A program made the position numbers and the translations under genes. A stretch of 64,000 bases of DNA from Candidatus Poribacteria bacterium. Its GTDB lineage: Bacteria; Poribacteria; WGA-4E; WGA-3G. The notes below the pieces were generated by a model. The model made no database searches, was not told where the DNA came from, and was given only the letters and a program-made list of their open reading frames with translations. Positions 56,242-64,000 of the stretch are shown here, piece after piece; positions within the stretch are counted from its first letter, which is position 1; each line of letters begins with the position of its first letter. The stretch lies in NCBI GenBank assembly GCA_965242965.1, contig OZ251518.1, positions 2,592,001-2,656,000 of the forward strand, read 5' to 3'.

Positions 56242-56673
56242 TTATTCATCCGTGCTGCCGAACCCGCCACGTGACGGTGCAGACATCTCCTCGACTTCGT
56301 TCCATTCTGTCTTGTCAACTCGGACAAACACCGCTTGCGCGATGCGGCTGCCTCTCTCAATCGTAACCGGTTTATCGGTGAAATTGTAAACCTGAATGTG
56401 GAGTTCGTCGTTTTCGCCGCAGTAATCGTTATCGACAACGCCGAGTCCTTGCGGCATCAGCACGCCGTGTTTGCGCGGTGTGCTACTCCGCAGACATACC
56501 ATCAGCATGTAACCGGGCGGCGTTTCAACGATAACGTTCGCCGGAATGAGGACGATGCGGTGCGGCGCAATCTCGGCGGTTTCGCGGCAGAGCAAATCAA
56601 AGCCGACTGAGCCGGCGGTTTCGTATTTCGGCAGCGGCAGCGTTTTATCAACGCGTTTGATGTTAACGTTCAT
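56242..56673 (-). CDS. dut: Trimeric dUTP diphosphatase
   Basis: SVGFDL; RSS; GVVDNDY.G; RIAQ; RGGFGST. Confidence 0.95.
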   Translation of the reverse strand: MNVNIKRVDKTLPLPKYETAGSVGFDLLCRETAEIAPHRIVLIPANVIVETPPGYMLMVCLRSSTPRKHGVLMPQGLGVVDNDYCGENDELHIQVYNFTDKPVTIERGSRIAQAVFVRVDKTEWNEVEEMSAPSRGGFGSTDE

Positions 56674-56682
56674 GTGCAATAT

Positions 56683-56790
56683 AGGGCAGGATCGCCTGAT
56701 CTTGACCCGTTCGGGAGCAGGTGCTCCCGAACTACAGAGTTATGAAACACCCTCACGTTACCGTAGCGCGGGGGCCTGTCCCCCGCGATC
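56683..56790. repeat. REP doublet, MITE-like right end and REP
   Basis: TATGAAACACCCTC at 56741-56754. Confidence 0.75.
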
Positions 56791-56810
56791 GTCAAGTTAC
56801 TTCGGAACAT

Positions 56811-57033
56811 TGTTGAGGGACAGGCCCTCAACCTACGGTGCGATGAAAAATCGTCGCATGTTGAGGGACAGGCCCTCAACCTACGGTTTTCAATGTGGAA
56901 TCTCGGCGTGTTGAGGGACAGGCCCTCAACCTACGATTCGATGGAGAATCTCGGCATGTTGAGGGACAGGCCCTCAACCTACGGTGCAATAAAAAATCGT
57001 CGCATGTTGAGGGACAGGCCCTCAACCTACGGT
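56811..57033 (-). repeat. CRISPR-like tandem array of five REPs (reverse complement of the 24215 unit)
   Basis: TGTTGAGGGACAGGCCCTCAACCTACG at 56811, 56859, 56909, 56957, 57005. Confidence 0.9.
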
Positions 57034-57035
57034 TA

Positions 57036-57920
57036 CTATGGCACGGATACCCCGGCAACCTTGCACCGGATACAATACAGTGAGGTGCTAGCCGTGATAA
57101 ACAGCGTTTTCCAATCATCGCCGCCCCAAGCGAGATTCGCCGCGCGTTCCGGCGTGAAAATCACCCCAAGGTGTGTCCCCTCCGGCGCGAAGACCCAGAT
57201 TCCGCCAGGTCCCGTCAAATAAACATTTCCTTGCACATCTACCTTCATGCCGTCCGGTTTCCCGTTCTCACCCTTTTCAATGCCGAAGACGCGCCCATTC
57301 GCAATCGTGCCATCTGCCTGGACATCAAAGGCGCGGATGTGCATCCGTTCGGTGTCGTTAATGTAGAGAATAGACTCGTCCGGTGAGAAACAGAGCCCAT
57401 TCGGCCGGTCGAAATCGTCAACGAGGAGCGTCAATGTCTCGCCATCAGGTGACAGACGGTATACGCCTTGAAAACCGAGTTCCTTCTCTGATTCAACGCC
57501 ATACGCCGAGGTGAGCCCGTAAGGCGGATCCGTGAAATAGAGACTCCCATCCGATTTGACGACAACATCATTCGGGCTGTTCAAGCTTTTGCCTTCATAG
57601 TGCGACGCGATGGTGACAACCTCACCATCGGGATTCGTTCGGGACACGCGCCGGTTGGCATGTTCGCAAGCGATGAGGCATCCCTGTTTATCATAAGTCA
57701 GCCCATTTGATTTTCCGGAAGGTTTCCGAAAAACGCTCATTCCTGACGTTGCGTCCCACTGCCGCATCGTATTGGCGGGGATATCGCTAAACAGCAGAAA
57801 CTTCCCGGAGGCGTTCCAGAGCGGCCCCTCGGTAAACTGGCATCCGGTTGCGAGCTGCTCCATCTCCGCATCAGCATCCACCAATTGGACGAGTCGTGCA
57901 TCTTGGATATCAAGTCCCAT
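57036..57920 (-). CDS. SMP-30/gluconolactonase/LRE family protein
   Basis: FTEGPLW; LNSPND; FTDPPYG; PNGLCFSPD; PDGMKVD. Confidence 0.93.
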   Translation of the reverse strand: MGLDIQDARLVQLVDADAEMEQLATGCQFTEGPLWNASGKFLLFSDIPANTMRQWDATSGMSVFRKPSGKSNGLTYDKQGCLIACEHANRRVSRTNPDGEVVTIASHYEGKSLNSPNDVVVKSDGSLYFTDPPYGLTSAYGVESEKELGFQGVYRLSPDGETLTLLVDDFDRPNGLCFSPDESILYINDTERMHIRAFDVQADGTIANGRVFGIEKGENGKPDGMKVDVQGNVYLTGPGGIWVFAPEGTHLGVIFTPERAANLAWGGDDWKTLFITASTSLYCIRCKVAGVSVP

Positions 57921-57980
57921 CTTGAAATGTCCTTTATTTTTCCGGACGATATAGAAATCTGTCCTGACATACATTTTTTC

Positions 57981-58009
57981 TTGACATATTCTCTAATTTA
58001 CGTTATCAT
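57981..58009 (+). promoter_or_regulatory. Plus-strand promoter facing the tRNA in antisense
   Basis: TTGACA-N17-TATCAT. Confidence 0.5.
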
Positions 58010-58126
58010 AAATAGAGAATCATCAAATTTCGCGGAGTTATCGCGCGTCGCGACACTTTTTCCGTAGGAGGGACATCCTTGTCCCGATGTGTTCATCGAG
58101 ACCAGGAGGGCTCTCCTACTGACTGA

Positions 58127-58200
<74 letters not shown>

Positions 58201-58220
58201 AAAAAATTGTAGACGTATAT

Positions 58221-58250
58221 AGTATACCACATTCGGACAGCATTTGTCAA
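58221..58250 (-). promoter_or_regulatory. tRNA promoter
   Basis: TTGACA-N18-TATACT with extended -10 TG. Confidence 0.65.
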
Positions 58251-58290
58251 ATTTTTTTTTGGAATTTTTCTAAAAGGGAGAAATAAACAG

Positions 58291-59385
58291 ATGAAACGCA
58301 GATTTCAGCAACTCTCAATTCTCGGGGCAATAGTGATTTTTTTGTTTAGCCTTGCCCCGGAAGAGGTGGAAAGTCGGCGGCGCGGCGGCGGACGTAGTTT
58401 CAGCCGCAGTTCAAGTCGTCGGAGTTACAGCGCGCCGAGGCGTTCCACAAGTAGGACCCGCAGCAGCAGCTCTACCCGGAGCAGGACCACGCGTCCGCGG
58501 AGTTCCACTTCTACCAGCACGCGCACCACACGTAGTACTACTGGCACGCGTGCGAGCACGACTGCCCGTCAGAAACAGACCGCGACGAACCGCGCGCGGA
58601 CAACGACAGGCACGTCAACGCGCAACGCTAGGACGAATCGAAACAACGCGACGACGCGGAGTTCGACGCGCAGCCAACAGCGGCAGGTAAAGTCGCAAAA
58701 TCGCAAACAGGTGCGGCAGCTCAAATCGGAGAATCGTCGATTAAAGCGCGAAAATAGACGTGCAAATCGCGAAACTGCCCGCGCCCGCCGCGATGCGCGC
58801 CAAACGATTAACATCAACAACTTCGGTGGGTATTATCCCATGGCCGGCTATTCAATGTATAGCCTAGGTGCCTCCATGGCGTTCAACAACCTCATGTTCG
58901 GCATATACTTCCACGATCACTACAACCACGCGATCCGCCATAGTTATATGTGGCACTATCACCACCGAGACTATGACAGGTCGCACTGGGATGCCAAAAA
59001 GCAGGCGGAGTATGAATACTATAAGGAATACTACGAAAGCCAAGGCATCGAACCCAATCCGAATTACGTTGACCCGGGCACCAATCGTGACGAAGACTAC
59101 GTCGCGAGTTACGTCCAAGAGAATCCCAATGAGTTTTACGGGGAAAACGCCGAAGTCTTCACCGTCGATCAACTTCCAGATGAAGAGGCACTGAAGGAAG
59201 AACTCCTCGCGGCTGCTGAAACACCGACGGCGACTACCGCTGTTGCCTCTCGCGCGCCACCCGCGCCGCAAAAAGTGGTCCTCGAAAAGAAGACTTCGGG
59301 GGGAACGTGGTTCGTCCTCATCTTCGGCGGGATTCTCGTCGTCGGTGTCATCGCCATCGTGATGTATAATAAGGGTTATTTCTAG
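58291..59385 (+). CDS. Hypothetical exported protein with Arg/Ser/Thr-rich tract and C-terminal TM anchor
   Basis: Signal peptide, RRRGGGRSFSRS low-complexity tract, coiled coil, His/Tyr-rich block, acidic block, terminal TM; GGGAG RBS. Confidence 0.8.
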   Translation: MKRRFQQLSILGAIVIFLFSLAPEEVESRRRGGGRSFSRSSSRRSYSAPRRSTSRTRSSSSTRSRTTRPRSSTSTSTRTTRSTTGTRASTTARQKQTATNRARTTTGTSTRNARTNRNNATTRSSTRSQQRQVKSQNRKQVRQLKSENRRLKRENRRANRETARARRDARQTININNFGGYYPMAGYSMYSLGASMAFNNLMFGIYFHDHYNHAIRHSYMWHYHHRDYDRSHWDAKKQAEYEYYKEYYESQGIEPNPNYVDPGTNRDEDYVASYVQENPNEFYGENAEVFTVDQLPDEEALKEELLAAAETPTATTAVASRAPPAPQKVVLEKKTSGGTWFVLIFGGILVVGVIAIVMYNKGYF

Positions 59386-59389
59386 GGGA

Positions 59390-59680
59390 AGGACACCCTC
59401 ATTTACCGTAGCGCGAGGGCCTGTCCCTCGCGATGCCTTAAGCATCGAGACCGAGAGGTCTCTCCTACTGATGACGATCGCGGGGGACAGGCCCCCGCGC
59501 TACGGTAAAGGAAGAAGGCATCGAGACCGGGAGGTCTCTCCTACCGGAAGGCATCTCCCCCTCTGTAGTTCGGGAGCGCCTGCTCCCGAACGGGTCAGGA
59601 TCTGGCGATCCTGACCTACAGGGGTGAGGCGGTCTGCTAGCCAAACGCATGGCGGGGGACAGACCCCCGCCCTACGTCAC
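59390..59680. repeat. REP cluster and REP doublet
   Basis: Several GTAG/CTAC hairpins; 59563-59677 matches ~3965-4080. Confidence 0.85.
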
Positions 59681-59718
59681 AAAAACGGAACAATTCTAAT
59701 ACTTTTGGAAACAAAAAC

Positions 59719-60354
59719 ATGGCACTTTTTGGCAGAAAAAACGGCAAATCGCTATTTGGCAAACGGAAAACCGACGACGCGCCCAAGAAAAAACCACAAC
59801 GGCACGAACTCGTCGATATTCCCATCAACAGCATGATAGAACTCTCCGACATTACGACTTACGAGGAGACCGGGGATACCTCACGCGCCTATAAACTGGT
59901 CACCCGAAAGAAGTATGTCGGCGAGGGACTCCTTCGCTATATGTATCACCTCCAAGATGTGGAGACAGAAGTGGTGCTAGGCGTAGATGGCATCGCAGGA
60001 CGAAAGGACGAATACGAAATCTCGCGCTGGATTGTCGACGGCGAAGAGGAACTCGGCGAACAGCTAACTGACGAGATAACGCTCCACTATCCGCATCCCG
60101 ATAACGAAGACGAGGAAATCGCAGTAGTATACGGCAAACAGGAGAGCGTCCCTGCAACCCTCACCGTAACTACTGAACAGGGACAAGAGGAATTCTCGGC
60201 GGAACTCCACGAATACGCCACCGATGACGATGAATTCATGTCGGTGGAACTTTGCGGGGATTGGTTAACCTTCTACGTCGGCGCGTTGATAACGCGTTCC
60301 GATATTGAAATCTATCCTGCGATGGAGAGTGAAACCAAGCGAAAGTCGGATTAA
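59719..60354 (+). CDS. Hypothetical acidic protein, weakly DUF4178-like
   Basis: Acidic, beta-rich; EY...DDEFMSVE..G...FYVG pattern is only suggestive. Confidence 0.65.
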   Translation: MALFGRKNGKSLFGKRKTDDAPKKKPQRHELVDIPINSMIELSDITTYEETGDTSRAYKLVTRKKYVGEGLLRYMYHLQDVETEVVLGVDGIAGRKDEYEISRWIVDGEEELGEQLTDEITLHYPHPDNEDEEIAVVYGKQESVPATLTVTTEQGQEEFSAELHEYATDDDEFMSVELCGDWLTFYVGALITRSDIEIYPAMESETKRKSD

Positions 60355-60359
60355 AAAAA

Positions 60360-60840
60360 CGGCCCCTGGCCCGTAGCGCGGGGGCCCTCGGATGCCACAC
60401 GCGCATCCGAGAGGGTTTCCCCCGCGATCCGCTCAAGACAGGAAACGCCCCGGACACCGTAGCGCGGGGGCCTGTCCCGCTCTGTAGTTTGTGATCGCCT
60501 GATCACAAACGGCATCCCCCGACACGTAGCGCGGGGGCCTGTCCCCCGCGATGCTGGCATAGGGAGACATCCCCCGACACGTAGCGCGGGGGCCTGTCCC
60601 CCGCGATCTATGAACGAGGAGAATCCCTCAACTCAGGAAAAATCGAGACCAGGAGGTCTCGCCTACCGAAAGTAGGTGGCGATCGCCTGATCGCCAACGG
60701 CAAGATCAGGCGATCTTGCCCTACTACTGGCCCGCTCACTGTAGATGGCGATCGCCTAATCGCTAACGGCAAGATCAGGCGATCTTGCCCTACTATTGGC
60801 CCGCTCACTGTAGATGGCGATCGCCTGATCGCCACCGCGC
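60360..60840. repeat. REP cluster and 69-nt tandem REP doublets
   Basis: GTAG.TGGCGATCGCCT.ATCGC units at 60672, 60741 and 60810. Confidence 0.85.
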
Positions 60841-60873
60841 AAACCCAATTAATCTCAACACGGAGAAACACCT

Positions 60874-63747
60874 ATGGCACGAAAAAAACGAACCCCTAAA
60901 CCGAAAGAAACCGACATCCAAGACTATCGGCACGACACCGCCACGCGCAAGAATAACCCGCCAGCCGGCATCGCCGCACGCGGGAAAATCAACGAATCGC
61001 CGACAGTCGAATACGCCCATAACCCGCACCTGCCGCCGACACTCCGCTTTGACGAAAACGGCGACGCAGACCGGCTCCCCGAACTGCTTCAAAAAGCGCA
61101 ACACGGAGCACTCTCCAAAACGGAAGTCAACGCCATCGTCAAGGCACTGCAACACTACGATGCACCGTGGCTGGAATGGAGCGGCAAACAGGAAACGCCA
61201 TCGTTCACCGTAGACCCGGTTGCGTTGCACATCCACGAACGCGTCAGCGCGAAGGCTATCATGAAAATCGCCGCACGCGAAAATGTCCAACGCAACCTCT
61301 TCGCTGACCCGCAGCAGGAATACAACGAGGCGGTCCAGTTTTATCAGCACGACGTAGAGTGGGCGAACCGCCTCATCCTCGGCGATAGTCTCACCGTCAT
61401 GAGCTCCCTCGCGCGACGCGAAGACCTCGGGGGAAAGGTGCAGACGATTTACTTCGATCCACCCTACGGCATCAAATTCGCCTCCAACTTCCAACCCACC
61501 GTCTTTCAGCGGAACGTCACGGACAGAAGCGCGGATTTGACGCGCGAACCCGAACAGATTCAGGCATACCGTGATACCTGGCACCTCGGCGTGCATTCCT
61601 ACCTCGCCTATCTACGGGACCGGCTGATGGTTGCCAGAGAACTGCTCACCGATAGCGGCAGCATCTTCGTGCAGATCGGCGATGAAAACGTGCATCGGGT
61701 GCGGTGTCTACTGGATGAGGTATTTGGCAGTGAGAATCTTGTCAGTTCTGTCACCGTTAGAAAATCTGGTTCAACGCCTTCCAGACAAATTGCAAATGTC
61801 ACCGATCATCTGCTCTGGTATGCGAAATCCAAAGAGTCGGTGAAATTTAACCGGCTATTCCAAGGAAAAAATTTAGGCATCTACAACCGAGAAGACGAAA
61901 ACGGCGATGCTTTTTCTTTTGGCGATTTGCAATCTGCTGGCGAAATTCAAACAGACCAGCGGTTTTGGTTCCAAGGGAAAGAATGGGTTCCGAGGCGCGG
62001 ATACCATTGGTCCACAAATGTGCGTGGACTACACAACCTTTCAAAAGCGGGTCGAGTTGAACTCGTAGGAAAAAACCTGAGATATAAACGTTATGCAAAG
62101 GATTTCCCAGTCACAGAGTTAACGAATATCTGGGGAGATATTTCAGGTGCTGCTGGAAACATTTATGTCGTCCAGACTCCTACAAGAATCATTGAACGCT
62201 GTATCCTCATGACAAGCGACCCGGGCGATCTTGTCCTCGATCCGACGTGCGGCAGCGGCACCACCGCCTATGTCGCCGAGCAGTGGGGGAGACGCTGGAT
62301 TACGATCGATACCAGCCGCGTCGCCATTGCCCTTGCGCGCCAACGCCTCTTGACGAGCAGCTTTGACTATTACCAACTCAAAGCACCGTCAGCGGGTATT
62401 GCCGGCGGCTTCGTCAACAAAGTCGTGCCGCACATTACGCTGAAAAGCATAGCGCAAAATGATGCACTCGATCCGATTTTCGCCAAGCATGAGCCGATTC
62501 TGAAGGCGAAATTGGAGGAACTCAATCGGAGTCTTGCAGCAGTAAACGATGACAAACTTCGTGCCGAACTGCTTGCAAAATTGGCGGCGAAGGAGAAGCG
62601 CGAGGGGAAAAGAGCGATTACGGAGGCAGACCGGCGGCGATGGATTCTTCCCGAAACCGCATGGCAAGAGTGGGAGGTGCCTTTTGACACGGATGCCGAC
62701 TGGCCGGAGGCATTGCGCGCTGCGTTAACGGCGTATCGCGAAGCATTTCAGGCGAAGATACAGGAAGTGAACGCGTGCATTGAATCTTCCTCTGAAGGCG
62801 AAGATCTGGTCGATCAGCCGAAGATTGAGCGTAGGAAATTGCGCGTCAGCGGTCCGTTCACCGTGGAGGCGGTGCAACCCGCCGAGGAGTCGTTAGGCAC
62901 TGAATCGCCCATCGGCGGTGAACCTGAAGAAGCATTGGAGACGTTTGACGAGGAAACGACGAATGCGGAGGCGTATCTGAACAAGATGATACGTCTGTTG
63001 CGCGAAGATGGCGTGCGGTTTCCGAATAATCAGACGGTGCAATTCGCCACATTGAATACGCGCGAAGGCGATGTCCTGCATGCCGAAGGCACATGGGCAC
63101 ATGCTGAATCAGCTCGGAGCGTCGCCGTTGTCTTCGGTCCGCAGCATGGTGCTGTCACCTCGGTGCAGGTAGAGCAGTGCGTGCGCGCCGCCTATCGTCG
63201 TGGTTATGATGAGTTGGTGTTCGCCGGTTTCAGTTTTGATGGTGCGGCACAGGCGGCTATCCAGGCAGATCCAGACCCGGAGCTCCGCATTCATATCGCG
63301 CACATTAATCCGGATGTGGCGATGGGCGATTTGCTGAAGGAGACTCCTTCCACGCAGTTGTTCACCGTATTCGGTTTACCGCGCACCAAACTTGAAGATA
63401 CGGATGATGGCAGGCATCTCGTCACGATGGCGGGAGTGGACATCTACGATCCTGTGAAAAACCAGGTCTTTTCGGCGAATGCGGACAAGGTGGCGGCGTG
63501 GTTCGTGGATACGGATTACGATGGTAGGACGTTCTGTATTTCGCAGGCATTTTTCCCGAATAAGCGAGCCTGGTCAAAAATTGCGCGTGCGTTGAAAGGT
63601 ATCGTTGATTCGGAACGTTTTGAGCAATTGAGTGGGACGGTATCGTTGCCATTTTCTGCCGGTCTGCATGGGAAGGTGGCCGTCAAAGTCATCGATGCGC
63701 GTGGCAATGAGGTCATGCGCGTGCATGAAACGCCTCTGGCCCCGTAG
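60874..63747 (+). CDS. Large adenine DNA methyltransferase, type III R-M Mod-like
   Basis: NRLILGDSL; IYFDPPYG; IFVQIGDEN; VLDPTCGSGTT; AVKVID.RGNE; AT-richer central TRD. Confidence 0.9.
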   Translation: MARKKRTPKPKETDIQDYRHDTATRKNNPPAGIAARGKINESPTVEYAHNPHLPPTLRFDENGDADRLPELLQKAQHGALSKTEVNAIVKALQHYDAPWLEWSGKQETPSFTVDPVALHIHERVSAKAIMKIAARENVQRNLFADPQQEYNEAVQFYQHDVEWANRLILGDSLTVMSSLARREDLGGKVQTIYFDPPYGIKFASNFQPTVFQRNVTDRSADLTREPEQIQAYRDTWHLGVHSYLAYLRDRLMVARELLTDSGSIFVQIGDENVHRVRCLLDEVFGSENLVSSVTVRKSGSTPSRQIANVTDHLLWYAKSKESVKFNRLFQGKNLGIYNREDENGDAFSFGDLQSAGEIQTDQRFWFQGKEWVPRRGYHWSTNVRGLHNLSKAGRVELVGKNLRYKRYAKDFPVTELTNIWGDISGAAGNIYVVQTPTRIIERCILMTSDPGDLVLDPTCGSGTTAYVAEQWGRRWITIDTSRVAIALARQRLLTSSFDYYQLKAPSAGIAGGFVNKVVPHITLKSIAQNDALDPIFAKHEPILKAKLEELNRSLAAVNDDKLRAELLAKLAAKEKREGKRAITEADRRRWILPETAWQEWEVPFDTDADWPEALRAALTAYREAFQAKIQEVNACIESSSEGEDLVDQPKIERRKLRVSGPFTVEAVQPAEESLGTESPIGGEPEEALETFDEETTNAEAYLNKMIRLLREDGVRFPNNQTVQFATLNTREGDVLHAEGTWAHAESARSVAVVFGPQHGAVTSVQVEQCVRAAYRRGYDELVFAGFSFDGAAQAAIQADPDPELRIHIAHINPDVAMGDLLKETPSTQLFTVFGLPRTKLEDTDDGRHLVTMAGVDIYDPVKNQVFSANADKVAAWFVDTDYDGRTFCISQAFFPNKRAWSKIARALKGIVDSERFEQLSGTVSLPFSAGLHGKVAVKVIDARGNEVMRVHETPLAP

Positions 63748-64000
63748 CGCGGGGGGACAGAAAACACCCCGGCCACCGTAGCGCGCGGGCCTGTCTCTTC
63801 AGGTAAGAGGGACATCCCTGTCCCGACAGAAAACACCCCGGGCCCCGTAGCGCGGGGGCCTGTCCCCCGCGATCCCTCAAAAAACGAAAAACGCACGCAG
63901 GCGAGACAAAAGCACGGCGAGGGACAGGCCCTCGCCCTACGGTGAGGGGGAGGCGGCCTCGATCCGTAGCGCGGGGGCCCTCGGATGCCACACGCGCATC
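63742..64000. repeat. REP cluster running off the window end
   Basis: GTAGCGCGGGGGCCTGTCCCCCGCG and variants; the first GTAG supplies the MTase stop codon. Confidence 0.85.

Overview
Bacterial chromosomal window with no rRNA, cas, integrase, reverse transcriptase or transposase genes visible. The gene content (dockerin-like/FGE-sulfatase-domain protein, giant YCF48-like propeller, sulfatase-family hydrolase, dense palindromic repeats) suggests a Candidatus Poribacteria-like sponge symbiont; this taxonomy is inference only. The core is a ~19 kb minus-strand str/S10/spc/alpha ribosomal superoperon (rpsL to rplQ, 33342-52424) that lacks rpmD, adk, map and infA. It is followed by nagA, folA, thyA, dut, a gluconolactonase, tRNA-Arg(CCG) and a type III Mod-like methyltransferase. 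The left half is accessory: nfi, an aminotransferase, a sulfatase-family enzyme with Thr at the formylglycine position, an ABC/AAA ATPase plus putative PD-(D/E)xK nuclease pair, and a tyrosinase / small protein / heme peroxidase cluster behind tandem promoters and a long hairpin-rich leader. That cluster lies inside a 7.2 kb span bounded by perfect 15-bp inverted ends. Most intergenic spaces hold a hierarchical GTAG-REP-like repeat system with covarying stems, CRISPR-like tandem arrays, MITE-like ends and in-frame insertions into genes. S12, S5 and L16 carry substitutions or an insertion at normally near-invariant decoding or antibiotic-binding loops.
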